A DNA stretch of 36,098 nt from Octopus sinensis. Lineage: Eukaryota. The DNA is taken from contig NW_021824853.1 in assembly GCF_006345805.1 (NCBI RefSeq), positions 1-36,098 of the forward strand. The letters run 5' to 3'. The position numbers and the translations under genes are program-made. Positions 23,025-33,895 of the stretch are shown here, one piece after another. Within the stretch, counting starts at the first letter, position 1, and each line of letters starts with the position of its first letter. The notes below the pieces were generated by a model that worked only from the letters and a program-made list of their open reading frames with translations, was not told where the DNA came from and ran no database searches.

Positions 23025-23573
23025 TATATATATATATATATGTAGAAAGAGAAGAGATAGGTAAAAATGTGTGAGAGAGTGAGAGAAAGTGTCAGGTTAA
23101 TTCTTTCTATTTTATTCATTTATTATATATATATATATTTTTACTTTATAATTATTTATAGTTAGTTATTCATTGAGCAATTTCATCGAATAACTTCTTT
23201 TGGACGAGCTAAGGTGTAGTAGATTCAGCATTTCGCATGAATTTTTATTAACACACACACACACACACACAAACCTTTATCAGGAAATAAATTAAAGAAA
23301 ATTGATCACCACGATTTACACATCCTGTGTTTTAGCCGCGATTGGCTCCACCAATATTGTAACCAGCCATGCATGCTGGCAAGTGTCTTTGACTTAAAGA
23401 AACTCTATTATGATTAGCACAGAAAACCCATGCTAAAGATTAATGTCTGCTCTTATCACTTAAGTCTCTCTGAGATATGTGCAGCTTTCAATTATATATA
23501 AGACAGAGAAACACTACACTTGACTATCATTTGAATATCTGTGTGTGTGTGTGTGTGTGTGTGTGCATGTGTG

Positions 23574-23858
23574 TGGAGGCACATGGCCTAGTGGTTAGAG
23601 CAGCGGACTCACGGTCGAGGGATCGCGGGTTCGAATCTCAGACCGGGCGATGTGTGTGTTTATGAGCGAAACACTTAAGCTCCATGTGGCACCGGTAGAA
23701 GGTAATGGCAAACTTCTGCTGACTCTTTCGCCACAATTTCCTCCTGCATCTTGCAGCTCACCTGCGAAGGACCGGCGTCCCGTCCAGGTGGGAAACCTAT
23801 ACGCCAAAGAAACCGGGAAACCGGCTCTGATGAGCCAGGCATGGCTTGAGAAGGAACA
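23574..23858 (+). mobile_element. SINE family C variant
   Basis: GGAGGCACATGGCCTAGTGGTTAG head, GGTTCGAATC B-box, GGACCGGCGTCCCGTCCAGG central motif. Confidence 0.85.
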
Positions 23859-23865
23859 AACCATA

Positions 23866-24650
23866 CACAGGGAGGTGCTGAAAAGTTCCTGGCTTTGGGT
23901 AAAAGAAAATATAGGAGGATCAGTTAATTATGATTTTATTCAACATAGTCCCATTGTGGCAGGGGTCCTTCAGTTTTTCTAAGCCCTAAGGCAGCGAGCT
24001 GGCAGAAACGTTAGCACGCCGGGCGAAATGCGTAGCCGTATTTCGTCTGCCGTTACGTTCTGAGTTCAAATTCCGCCGAGGTCGACTTTGCCTTTCATCC
24101 TTTCGGGGTCGATAAATTAAATACCAGTTACGTACTTGGGTCGATATAATCGACTTAATCCGTTTGTCTGTCCTTGTTTGTCCTCTCTGTGTTTATCCCA
24201 TTGTGGGTAGTAAAGAAATAGGTATTTCGTCTGTCTTTTCGTTCTGAGTTCAAATTCCAGCGAGATCGACTTTGCCTTTCATCCTTTCGGAGTCGATAAA
24301 TTAAGTACCAGTTACGCACTGGGGTCGATATAATCGACTTAATCCTATCTGTCCTTGTTTGTCTCCTCTATATTTAGCCCCTTGTAGGCAATAAAGAAAT
24401 ATGAAGCGTTAGCACGCCGGGCGAAATGCTTAGCGCTATTTCGTCTGTCTTTACGTTCTGACTTCAAATTCCTCCAAGATCGACTTTGCCTTTCATCCTT
24501 TTGGGGTCGATAAATCAAGTACCAGTTGCATACTGGAGTTGATCTAATCGACTGGTCCTTCCCACCACAAAAATTTCGGGCGTTGTGCCTAGAGTAGAAA
24601 AGTTTTTCTAAGCCCTGTAAAAGAACTCGAAAGGTTCGCGACACCCTTAG
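23866..24650. mobile_element. Mariner-like end fragment, split by the SINE B trimer
   Basis: Starts ..GGGAGGTGCTGAAAAGTTCCTGGCTT, resembling mariner TIRs (from memory). Sequence resumes after the trimer TSD; no second TIR found. Confidence 0.45.
23988..24600 (+). mobile_element. Trimeric SINE B (B1-B1-B2), copy 1
   Basis: Three head-to-tail units; perfect 16-bp TSD AGTTTTTCTAAGCCCT at 23972-23987 and 24601-24616. Confidence 0.92.
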
Positions 24651-24782
24651 AGCCAGGAATACACCCTCATATATGATTGTATGTATGTAATGTGTGTGTG
24701 TATGTATGTGTGTATGTGTATATGTATTTATGTATGTATGTATGTATATATGCGTGTGTATGACTGCATCTTCTATTTTTAA

Positions 24783-25148
24783 CTTTTACTTCAGTCATTA
24801 GACTGCGGCCATGCTGGGGGCACCACCCTGAAGAATTGTAGTGGGACGAATCAACCCCTGTATATAATTGAGTAAATATTTCTTTTAAGACCTGGTACTT
24901 ATTCTATCGATCTATTTTGCCAAACCGCTAGTTACGGGGATATAAACAAACCAGCACCGATTTTCAAGCGGTAGTTGGACACACACACACACACACACAC
25001 TCGACGGGTTTCTTTCGGTTTCCGTCTACCAAATTCACTCACAAGGCTTTGCTTGGCCCAAGGCTATAGTAGAGGACGCTCGACGCAGTGGAACTGAACC
25101 CAGAACCATGTGGTTGGGAAGCAAACTGTTTACCAAACATCCACGGCT
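24783..25148 (-). mobile_element. SINE family A
   Basis: Reverse-complement tail at 24783, head ends near 25148. Confidence 0.85.
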
Positions 25149-25622
25149 GTGGTTCCGGGTTCACTCCCACTACGCGGTACTTTGGGCAATTGTCTTCTAC
25201 AATAGTCCCGGACCAACCAATGCCTTATGAGTGAATTTAATGGACGGGGGTCGATAAATTAAGTACCAGTTACTCACTGGGGTCGATGTTATCGACTTAA
25301 TACCTATATCTGTCCTTGTTTGTCCCCTCTATGTTTAGCCCCTTGTGGGTAATAAAGAAATAGGTAACTGTAAGGAAGCTTGTTTTACATGTTTATGCGT
25401 GTCTTTGTGTCTGAATTTGTCCCCCCCCCGCAACCACTTGGCAACCGGTGATTTGTTTACGTTTCCATAACCTAGCGACTCGTCAAAAGAAACCGATAGG
25501 ATAAGTGTCAGACCTAAAAAAAGGCAACAAAACAAAAAACAACATAAGCGCTGAGTTCGATTTGTTTGACTAAAATTCTTTAAAGCGGTGCCCCAGCATG
25601 GCCGTTGTTCAATGACTGACAC
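25149..25622 (+). mobile_element. SINE family A, 5'-truncated, carrying a SINE B 3' fragment (25245-25365)
   Basis: A sequence GACGG|(T)AACTG is split by GGGGTCGATAAATTAAGTACC...AAAGAAATAGG. Confidence 0.8.
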
Positions 25623-25634
25623 ATGAAATACATA

Positions 25635-25674
<40 letters not shown>

Positions 25675-25678
<4 letters not shown>

Positions 25679-25791
25679 CAGATGGATTGTGGTTCACTAC
25701 AACTGTTTCCTAGAAAAAAATAGATACTCACTCACACACATACACACACACACATATATATATATACACACACACACACATATATATATAT

Positions 25792-25854
<63 letters not shown>

Positions 25855-26059
25855 CTAACACACACACACATATATATTATATACATATACTCATACATAC
25901 ATATATACAGACATACATACACACACACACACACACGTATGTATATATATAACAGATGGATTGTGGTTCACTACAACTGTTTCCTAGAAAAAAAATAGAT
26001 ACTCACTCACACACATACACACACACACATATATATTATATACATATACTCATACATAC

Positions 26060-26105
<46 letters not shown>

Positions 26106-26300
26106 TATATATATATATATACATATACTAACACACACACACATATATATTATATACATATACTCATACATACATATATACAGACATACATACACACACA
26201 CACACACACGTATGTATATATATAACAGATGGATTGTGGTTCACTACAACTGTTTCCTAGAAAAAAAATATACACACACATATCCACGCATATATACATA
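25675..26300. repeat. Tandem triplication of a unit of about 274 bp
   Basis: Identical AACAGATGGATTGTGGTTCACTACAACTGTTTCCTAGAAAAAAA cores; GATGG starts at 25681, 25955 and 26228. Confidence 0.93.
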
Positions 26301-27290
26301 CATACACACACACAAACGCATGTATATGGTGAGATAAAAACGAACAAATACAACTGAACTGATTGAAAGCTGTTTAATGTCTGGAACTGATATCCATCAT
26401 GCTCTTGTAACAACAACAACAACAAAACGTCAAACGCTTTGAATCAGATACGAATGGCAACACTTGTTTGCAGTCATATTTCAGTAAAAAGGTATATATA
26501 CTCTTTAAATAAACTGATTACTTGTAGATTACAAGCGTTTTCAATCTAAATTGTAAATAATTAAGTAAATATTTAGAAATATTAATCAGAAGTGCCATCC
26601 AGTGAGTATCTATAAATAAATTTACCGTTTTTTTTTCTTTCTTATAGTAGAATGGTTGGTTGAGGTTTGATCATTGCAATGAGGCTCTTGTTGAGATTTG
26701 AACCATCGCTCTCAGATTTTCTCAGCTTAGGACCACGATCTACCATACCGCCTTAAGTATTAACGCATACACGAATATGACTCGACGACCAATCAGCATT
26801 AGTTGATTTGTTATGCTTCAGGAGGAAGTGTGCGAGTTTTTCCCGTTAAACGAAGGTTCTGGAATCTTTTTGCATACGATTATAAAAAGTTGGTAAATTC
26901 AACCCCAGACTGGAGCCACTCAGCAATTCATTCATAAGGAACTATGTAGCTTTGCTCAATTAGATGGTCTCTCGCCTTTATTTTTCGTTCTTAACGTGCT
27001 TGTGTTGTATTCAACAAAATGTATTGACATTGAATTTTAATGTCGAATCACGTACACATAACTTGTCGTAGTTTTAACTCTTTCTAATTATCTTCACTAT
27101 CTATGAACTACTTTGATAATATTATCTAGCATATATTACGTTCGTTATTTTATGAACTTTGTTTCATTGTCAGATATATGCACGGATGTAAATATATAAG
27201 CGGAAAAGGTTTTAATAAAAATATATGAAGGGCCATGAATGTGGTCATTATTATCTTTACACACAGCCTACCTAATATTGTGCGCTACAA

Positions 27291-27887
27291 TAGACGGCAA
27301 ATTGGCAGAAACGTTAGCACGCCGGGCGAAATGCTTAGCAGTATTTCGTCTGCCGTTACGTTCTGAGTTCAAATTCCGCCGAGTTCGACTTTGCCTTTCA
27401 TCCTTTCGGGGTCGATTAAATAAGTACCAGTTACTTAATTACAAACTTAATCCGTTTGTGTGTCTGTCCTTGTTTGTCCTCTCTGTGTTTAGCCCCTTGT
27501 GGGTAGTAAAGAAATAAGTATTTCGTCTGTCTTTACGTTCTGGATTCAAATTCCGCCGAGGTCGACTTTGCCTTTCGTCCTTTTGAGGTTGATAAATTAA
27601 GTACCAGTTATGCACTGGGGTCGATGTAATCGACTTAATCCCTTTGTCTGTCCTTGTTTGTCCTCTCTATGTTTAGCCCCTTGTGAGCAATAAAGAAATA
27701 AGAAACGTTAGTATGCCTAGCGAAATGCTGAGCGGTATTTCGTCTGTCTTTACGTTCTCAGTTCAACTTCCGCCGAGGTCGGCTCATTTCGGGGTCGATA
27801 AATTAAGCACCAGTTGCCTACTGAGGTCTATCTAATTGGCTGGCCCTCTCCCCCAAAATTTCGGGCCTTGTGCCCGGAGTAGAAGAG
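27291..27887 (+). mobile_element. Trimeric SINE B (B1-B1-B2), copy 2
   Basis: Same unit junctions as 23988-24600; degenerate 17-bp TSD AATATTGTGCGCTACAA / AATATTGAGAACTACAA (14/17). Confidence 0.88.
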
Positions 27888-28610
27888 AATATTGAGAACT
27901 ACAAGCGAAAATTTTATGATTAAAAGTCACACTGAACCGGAAACAGTAACTAACACAGTTTAATCATTGCTATATCAGCATTAAACGTAATCATTCTTAA
28001 AAGGAAAATCTAGATTTCTTATTGCAGAAAATTCCCTCATAGTTTTTCTCGGTTTCTATCAAATTATTTTAGTTTAATTAAGATGGTTTTGGAAACCGTT
28101 CTTCGTTGTAACTCCCTCCCGCCTTTTTTTAGTAATGTTATTAGGTCTGTGTTGGTTTTTATTTCTTATTTAACCAGTATGTAGTAGCAAACATTGGCTC
28201 AAAATTGGTTAATACTCGTATATTCATCTTGATGAATAAACGAATTGTGATTTTCGGACTCACGGTAGCAGACACAGCCTTACGTTGGTTTCCTGCAGAA
28301 CTTCATCTCGTCTGTCTCTTTTGCGAGTGTCGAAGTTGTTGGCCGCTTCACTTACCTCGACAGTCCGAAGCTGAGAGTCCGAAGTTTTAAAAAGACTTGG
28401 GACGTGTTGGTACAGTTGTGGAATTTGGCGCTGCCGGTATCTGAGCTGGAGGACAAAGGTTCGAGTTTTCAGGTTTCTGGTCTTCCCTTTCCTGTTCTGT
28501 AGTTGCGAGACTTGAACACTCCCATGAAAGAATATGTTTATTTATTATACGCATGAGGAAAAAAAAAGGGGGGGGGGTATGTGAGAGAAACAGAGAGAGC
28601 GGGGGAGAGA

Positions 28611-28642
<32 letters not shown>

Positions 28643-28660
28643 TGGGGAGAGGAAATAAAC

Positions 28661-29060
28661 TCTTTACTCTCTTTTACTCTTTTACTTGTTTCAGTCATTT
28701 GACTGCGGCCATGCTGGAGCACCGCCTTTAGTCGAGCAAATCGACCCCGGGACTTATTCTTTGTAAGCCCAGTACTTATTCTATCGGTCTCTTTTGCCGA
28801 ACCGCTAAGTGACGAGGACGTAAACACACCAGCATCGGTTGTCAAGCAATGCTAGGGGGACAAACACATACACATATATATATATATACATATATACGAC
28901 AGGCTTCTTTCAGTTTCCGTCTACCAAATCCACTCACAAGGCATTGGTCGGCCCGGGGCTATAGCAGAAGACACTTGCCCAAGATGCCACGCAGTGGGAC
29001 TGAACCCGGAACCATGTGGCTGGTTAGCAAGCTACTTACCACACAGCCACTCCTGCGCCT
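28661..29060 (-). mobile_element. SINE family A, young full-length copy
   Basis: Near-identical in reverse complement to 18004-18398. Confidence 0.94.
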
Positions 29061-29455
29061 AAAATAATTTTATAAACTTTACGATTTTCATGTCAAAATT
29101 CACGTTATTGGTTGAACACTGTCTACTCTGAGAATACAGACATACACATACACATGTATCCTTTTTACCTTTTTCAGTAAGTGAACTGTGGCAATGCTGG
29201 AGCACCCTCTTGTAAAGTTAGATGCTTACAGCTCCTAGGTTTCACAAAACGTCACCCATTTAAGTACTAACTTGGTTCAACGTCGCTCCACTTTGGTGAT
29301 CGGACGAGAACCGGTGCTTTCAACATGATATGTTTAGTTTAAAATATAAGTATATTCTAACTGGTTTGAATATTATAAACCTTCGAAAAGCTCCATAGCA
29401 TGTATTTGATATTTGCCTCCTCATTGTGAGATTACAATGTTCCTAAGGCGGTGCT

Positions 29456-29966
29456 GTTGGCACTCCGACAGTTACGATGATGTGTGTTCCAGTTGATCCG
29501 AGCAACGGAACTGCCAGTTCGTGAAATTAATATGGAGGTGGTTGAGTACTCCGCAGACACACATACCCTTAACGCAGTTCTCAGGGTGATTCAGCGAGGC
29601 TCTGAATGTAACAATGCTGGTTCCTTTGAGTAATAAGTACAGCTCATTTTGTCGATCCTTCGGTATAGGTACCGTAAGTACCGGAAATGGCTTCGTTTAC
29701 ATTTCTGAAGATAACAGAAACCCTTTTCTCCTAACACTAACCCTAACCCCAACCCCCACATGTATATAAAAAAAACCCACTTTCTTGAAATGTATCCGGT
29801 ACTTCCGGTACCTATACCGAAGTTACGCCCTCATTTTTGCCAGCTGAGTGGACTATAACGATGTGAAAATAAAGTGTCTTGCGTAAGGACTAAACGCGGC
29901 GCCCGTAATCGAACTCACGACTTTACGATCCTGCGCTGAATACCCTAACCACTAAGCCACGTGCCT
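29456..29966 (-). mobile_element. SINE family D (tRNA-headed), interrupted by a MITE
   Basis: Minus-strand head AGGCACGTGGCTTAGTGGTTAGGG, B-box GAGTTCGATT, CORE-like CCTTACGCAAGACACTT. Single copy in the window. Confidence 0.72.
29651..29829. mobile_element. 179-bp MITE with 8-bp TSD
   Basis: 28-bp inverted repeat (27/28) at 29658-29685 and 29795-29822; TSD CTCATTTT at 29643-29650 and 29830-29837. Confidence 0.85.
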
Positions 29967-30813
29967 TTACGGAAGACCTACTTTCTAAACAAGATTTGAT
30001 CACTACTTTTAGCAGATCGAACCACCGCCCAGATGCTCACTCATTGGTTCATACGAGTTCTGCTGTAGTTTTTCTATGGTTCCATTTTTTTTCTTTCTTC
30101 TTGCTTTCTTTTTTTTTTATTCTGTTTTTACAATGCATCGTATTCTTTAAGACATCGAGTCTCTCTGGGCATTTTGACAGAAATTGAACTGAAAGTAATA
30201 GAAAAGAAAAAAGTACCACTCACACCCACGTACACATACACACAAACACAAAAGTGTTTCCTATTGGTAGCGCATCGTGTTCTGAGCGAAAAATCTTCGT
30301 AGACTTTACTACTTAGATTTCAACTTGATCATTGAAGATCAATGTAAGAACGTACATTGATTGATACATTCACGTGTGCACTTAGGAATGTGATTTTGTA
30401 AGGGAATATGGAACCGTACACGAGAGCACTCAATGCCGAGCGCGCGCATATATAGACACGCACTCGAACACGCATACACACGAAGTGCGCGTACTTATAC
30501 ATTCTCCGAGACATTCTGACAGACAATCACGCAGAGACACGTTAAGTTTACAAGGAATAGGTTAGGTTTGTGCGTATATGTGAGTGTGTGTATGTGGAAC
30601 TAAATGAAACGTTCAGTTATCAATAAACAGGTGTGTAAAAGTACACAGGTATGTTTATATATAGTGTTACTAACCCAGAAATTTAGAGAGTAAAATACAT
30701 CCATACATACATACACATAGATGCTCAGACATACATGCACACATACATACAAATATACAAACACATGCATATAAACAACTTAGATACAAATGCATATGTA
30801 ACACGTACATACA

Positions 30814-30853
<40 letters not shown>

Positions 30854-30953
30854 ATCTTAGATAATGAAACGTATAATATACACCTGGTAGTTTACCGGTA
30901 AAGCACGTTCACTTTCACAGTGTTCCTTCGTCTCTCTCTCATTAACCAAATAA

Positions 30954-30990
<37 letters not shown>

Positions 30991-31576
30991 AATGAATGTT
31001 TTTTATATATAATGAACGTGAAATACAGGAAGGGACGAACACGGAACACAGACAAATCATTCGAAGCCTTCAATCTTCAGTCATACACCGAATCACATAG
31101 AGCAAATTTCGGCTGTTAATTCTGATATTTGCTCCAACCGGCCAGCCCCAAGAAAAACTAGCTGTAAGCATAGATTTCTTGGTAGAAGACAGGAATGTGA
31201 ACGCACAAGACGGATGTGAATACAAGAGACGAAAACGAAATTGAAAACAGTAATGAAAAAACAAAAACTATATATAGGTGGTTGTCATACGACTTTAGAC
31301 CAAATGAGACAAAACAACAACACATAGCAGCTGGCGTATATATATTATTGTATATATATGTGTGTGTATATATGTGTGTTGTGTGTATGTATATATTGTG
31401 TTGCGGTATATATATATGTGTGTGTGTATATATATCTGTGTGTGTATATATATTTGTGTGTATATATATATATATTATACATACATACATACACACATAC
31501 AGTAGAAAGAAAAAATGAACAGGTAAGCAGTTAGTATCAGTTTTTGAGCATGGAATAATCTCTACCCACCTCTCTA

Positions 31577-31609
<33 letters not shown>

Positions 31610-31794
31610 ATGTGTGTGTGTGTGTAGATAGACAGATAGATTGATTGATAAGATAGACAATCCTTCGGTATTAGTGCACTACGTTATTCACATACACACC
31701 CTTCTCTCATGACATAGATAAAGAGGCTAGGCTGAAAATGAGGTTAAATGACTTCTCATATTGGCACTCTGGAGACTTATACCGAAGGATCGCT

Positions 31795-31976
31795 ATATAT
31801 ATATATATATATATAGTTAATCCAAACATGAACAAAGAGAAAACACAACAACGCGAGGACGTGGAACAAGAATAGTGTTATTGGACGCTCAGTAAAGGAA
31901 AGAAAGAAGGAGGATTTTACGTTTCGAGCGGATCTCTTCGTCAGAAACAGGAAAAGGAAAGATCCAAGGAAGGGAA
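31795..31976 (-). mobile_element. Short Penelope-type non-autonomous element (family E) with hammerhead motif
   Basis: Homologous in reverse orientation to 33536-33760; ends TTTGGATTAACTA(TA)n. Penelope assignment rests on the hammerhead motif only. Confidence 0.65.
31914..31948 (-). ncRNA. Minimal type-I hammerhead-like motif, intact core
   Basis: GUUU-CUGACGA-A-GAG(AUCCG)CUC-GAAACGUA-AAAU: core intact, 3-bp stem II, palindromic ACGU helix III, 4-bp stem I. Confidence 0.62.
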
Positions 31977-32193
31977 ACGCGCGTGCACACAACGCAAACG
32001 CTCACTCATGAATGAATACAATATTAAAAAATTCTACCTTTCTAAACATCAGTTAAAGATTGGCAAAGAACTGGCGGACTTCAAAGAGGTGCCTACTAGT
32101 AAGCAATAGATATGTAATTCAATTTCTGTTGCCGTATTTCTAGTATAAATTCGATTCGAAGTCACTGTTCATCAAATCTCCTGTACTTTGTTT

Positions 32194-32231
32194 TTCTTCT
32201 GATGAAAGATAACCATCCGAAACGTTGATGA
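32194..32231 (+). ncRNA. Degenerate minimal hammerhead-like motif
   Basis: CUGAUGA-A-AGAU(AACC)AUCC-GAAACGUU; core intact, stems I and II weakened. Confidence 0.4.
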
Positions 32232-32311
32232 GACTTAAGTGTTCACCAAATTCAATAGTCGTTGAAACTCGTTACTCTTGTAACCTTTTTTCTTTTTGCT
32301 CATTGCATTCA

Positions 32312-32347
<36 letters not shown>

Positions 32348-32719
32348 AAATCGTTAAGTTTAACGGATACTGATTTAACGTATTTGGAATTCAGTGATCC
32401 CCCAAATATTACTGTAATAGTTTATACTATGGTCAAGGAAAAATATTGTTCTGCTACACTTGCGAAAAGAAAAGAAAAGAATTTCGTATTCTTCACCAAA
32501 ATTTAATAATCTTTTATTGTGCATTAGTGTATCTCTTCTTCGAGAAAATTTCCTTTGCCTTTCAAGGTGCAAAGCATGACTCATAAAATGACTCTTGTGC
32601 GTTAAGTCAGGAGATCGCTCACTCTGTCTGCCTCCCTCCCTCTCTCTCCCAGTCTCTCTTTATATGTATGTATGTATATATATATATATATATAACAGTG
32701 AGTTTTTACATACACCCCC

Positions 32720-32905
32720 CACACATATATACTTGAAATTTACAGAAAAACAAAAGACGAAGACAGGTGTATGAACAAGCAGGTGTAATAGTTTGACGCC
32801 CGGGAAAGTGAAAAAGTCTTTTACGTTTCGAGCCTACGCTCTTCAACAGAATGGAACAAGAGAAAATAAAGAGAATTAAAAACACTTGTAGATTTACCGG
32901 TCATG
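32720..32905 (-). mobile_element. Related short Penelope-type element (family E2)
   Basis: Same layout as family E (pyrimidine tract, hammerhead-like motif, GCGTC.AA, TTGTTC, GT-rich tail) but diverged sequence. Confidence 0.5.
32818..32853 (-). ncRNA. Minimal hammerhead-like motif with variant core CUGUUGA
   Basis: CAUU-CUGUUGA-A-GAGC(GUAG)GCUC-GAAACGUA-AAAG; A6 replaced by U. Confidence 0.42.
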
Positions 32906-32961
32906 TATGTGTATGCATATTTGTATAAATATTTATGAATGTGTGTGTATATAAAAATATG

Positions 32962-32993
<32 letters not shown>

Positions 32994-33286
32994 ATAATTA
33001 TATATATATCGTTGCTATTATGCAAAAGTATCGTAAGTCAAAAACGTTCATTTTTCAAAAAACGAAAAAATAGTTTCAGCATTCCATAGCAAAGCCGTTG
33101 TACTACACTTTGGGAATTTTTAATATCTTGGCATCTGAAGCAACTGCAGATACGATAGTTTGATTAAAAGAACCGGCTTATTGCAAGTAAAAATAAATAC
33201 TGAGAAAAAAAAATGTGGACATACGACAGTTTAACATAACAGCAACGATATGTGTGTGTGCATGTATGTATTTTTATACATAAATA

Positions 33287-33328
<42 letters not shown>

Positions 33329-33482
33329 TATATATTACATAATATATGTATATATATAACTATATATTTGTATATGCATGAATATATATATATAATATGC
33401 CTACAGGTACATAAACGTCCACAGATTTTAATCATTCGACTGTTTATGTATAGGTATATATATAAACACATGTGTGTGTGTC

Positions 33483-33514
<32 letters not shown>

Positions 33515-33535
33515 ATATATATATATATATATATA

Positions 33536-33760
33536 AATGTGACCGCGTGTGTACCGTTGGCGATCTTTTTCCCTCTGTCTTCCCTTCTCTGGATCTTTCC
33601 TTCTCCTATGTTTCCGACGAAGAGCTCCGCTCGAAACGTTAAACCCTCCTTCTTTCCTTCTTTCCTGAGAATCCAATAATACGATATTGTTCCACGTCCT
33701 CGCGTGTTGTGTGTTTTTTTTTTTGGGCTTTCTCGTTTGGATTAACTAACTATATATATA
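33536..33760 (+). mobile_element. Short Penelope-type element (family E), second copy
   Basis: Aligns with the reverse complement of 31795-31976; (TA)n on both sides. Confidence 0.65.
33610..33644 (+). ncRNA. Minimal hammerhead-like motif with U4C change
   Basis: GUUU-CCGACGA-A-GAGC(UCC)GCUC-GAAACGUU-AAAC; stems intact, core mutated. Confidence 0.5.
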
Positions 33761-33795
33761 TATATAATATATATATATACTACACACACGTACAT

Positions 33796-33796
33796 C

Positions 33797-33830
<34 letters not shown>

Positions 33831-33831
33831 A

Positions 33832-33893
<62 letters not shown>

Positions 33894-33895
33894 CA
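33796..33895. repeat. (TATC)n tetranucleotide tract
   Basis: Long, nearly perfect ATCT run; a second run lies near 34416-34465. Confidence 0.95.

Noticed and set aside
23828-23852. CTGATGA-GCC(AGGCAT)GGC hammerhead-like start in the SINE C tail
   Set aside because: Not followed by GAAA; no helix III or cleavage triplet.
31060-31135. CTGAAGA and CGAAA on the minus strand with an 8-bp GAGCAAAT/ATTTGCTC stem
   Set aside because: Cannot be folded into any hammerhead topology; probably an ordinary repeat hairpin.
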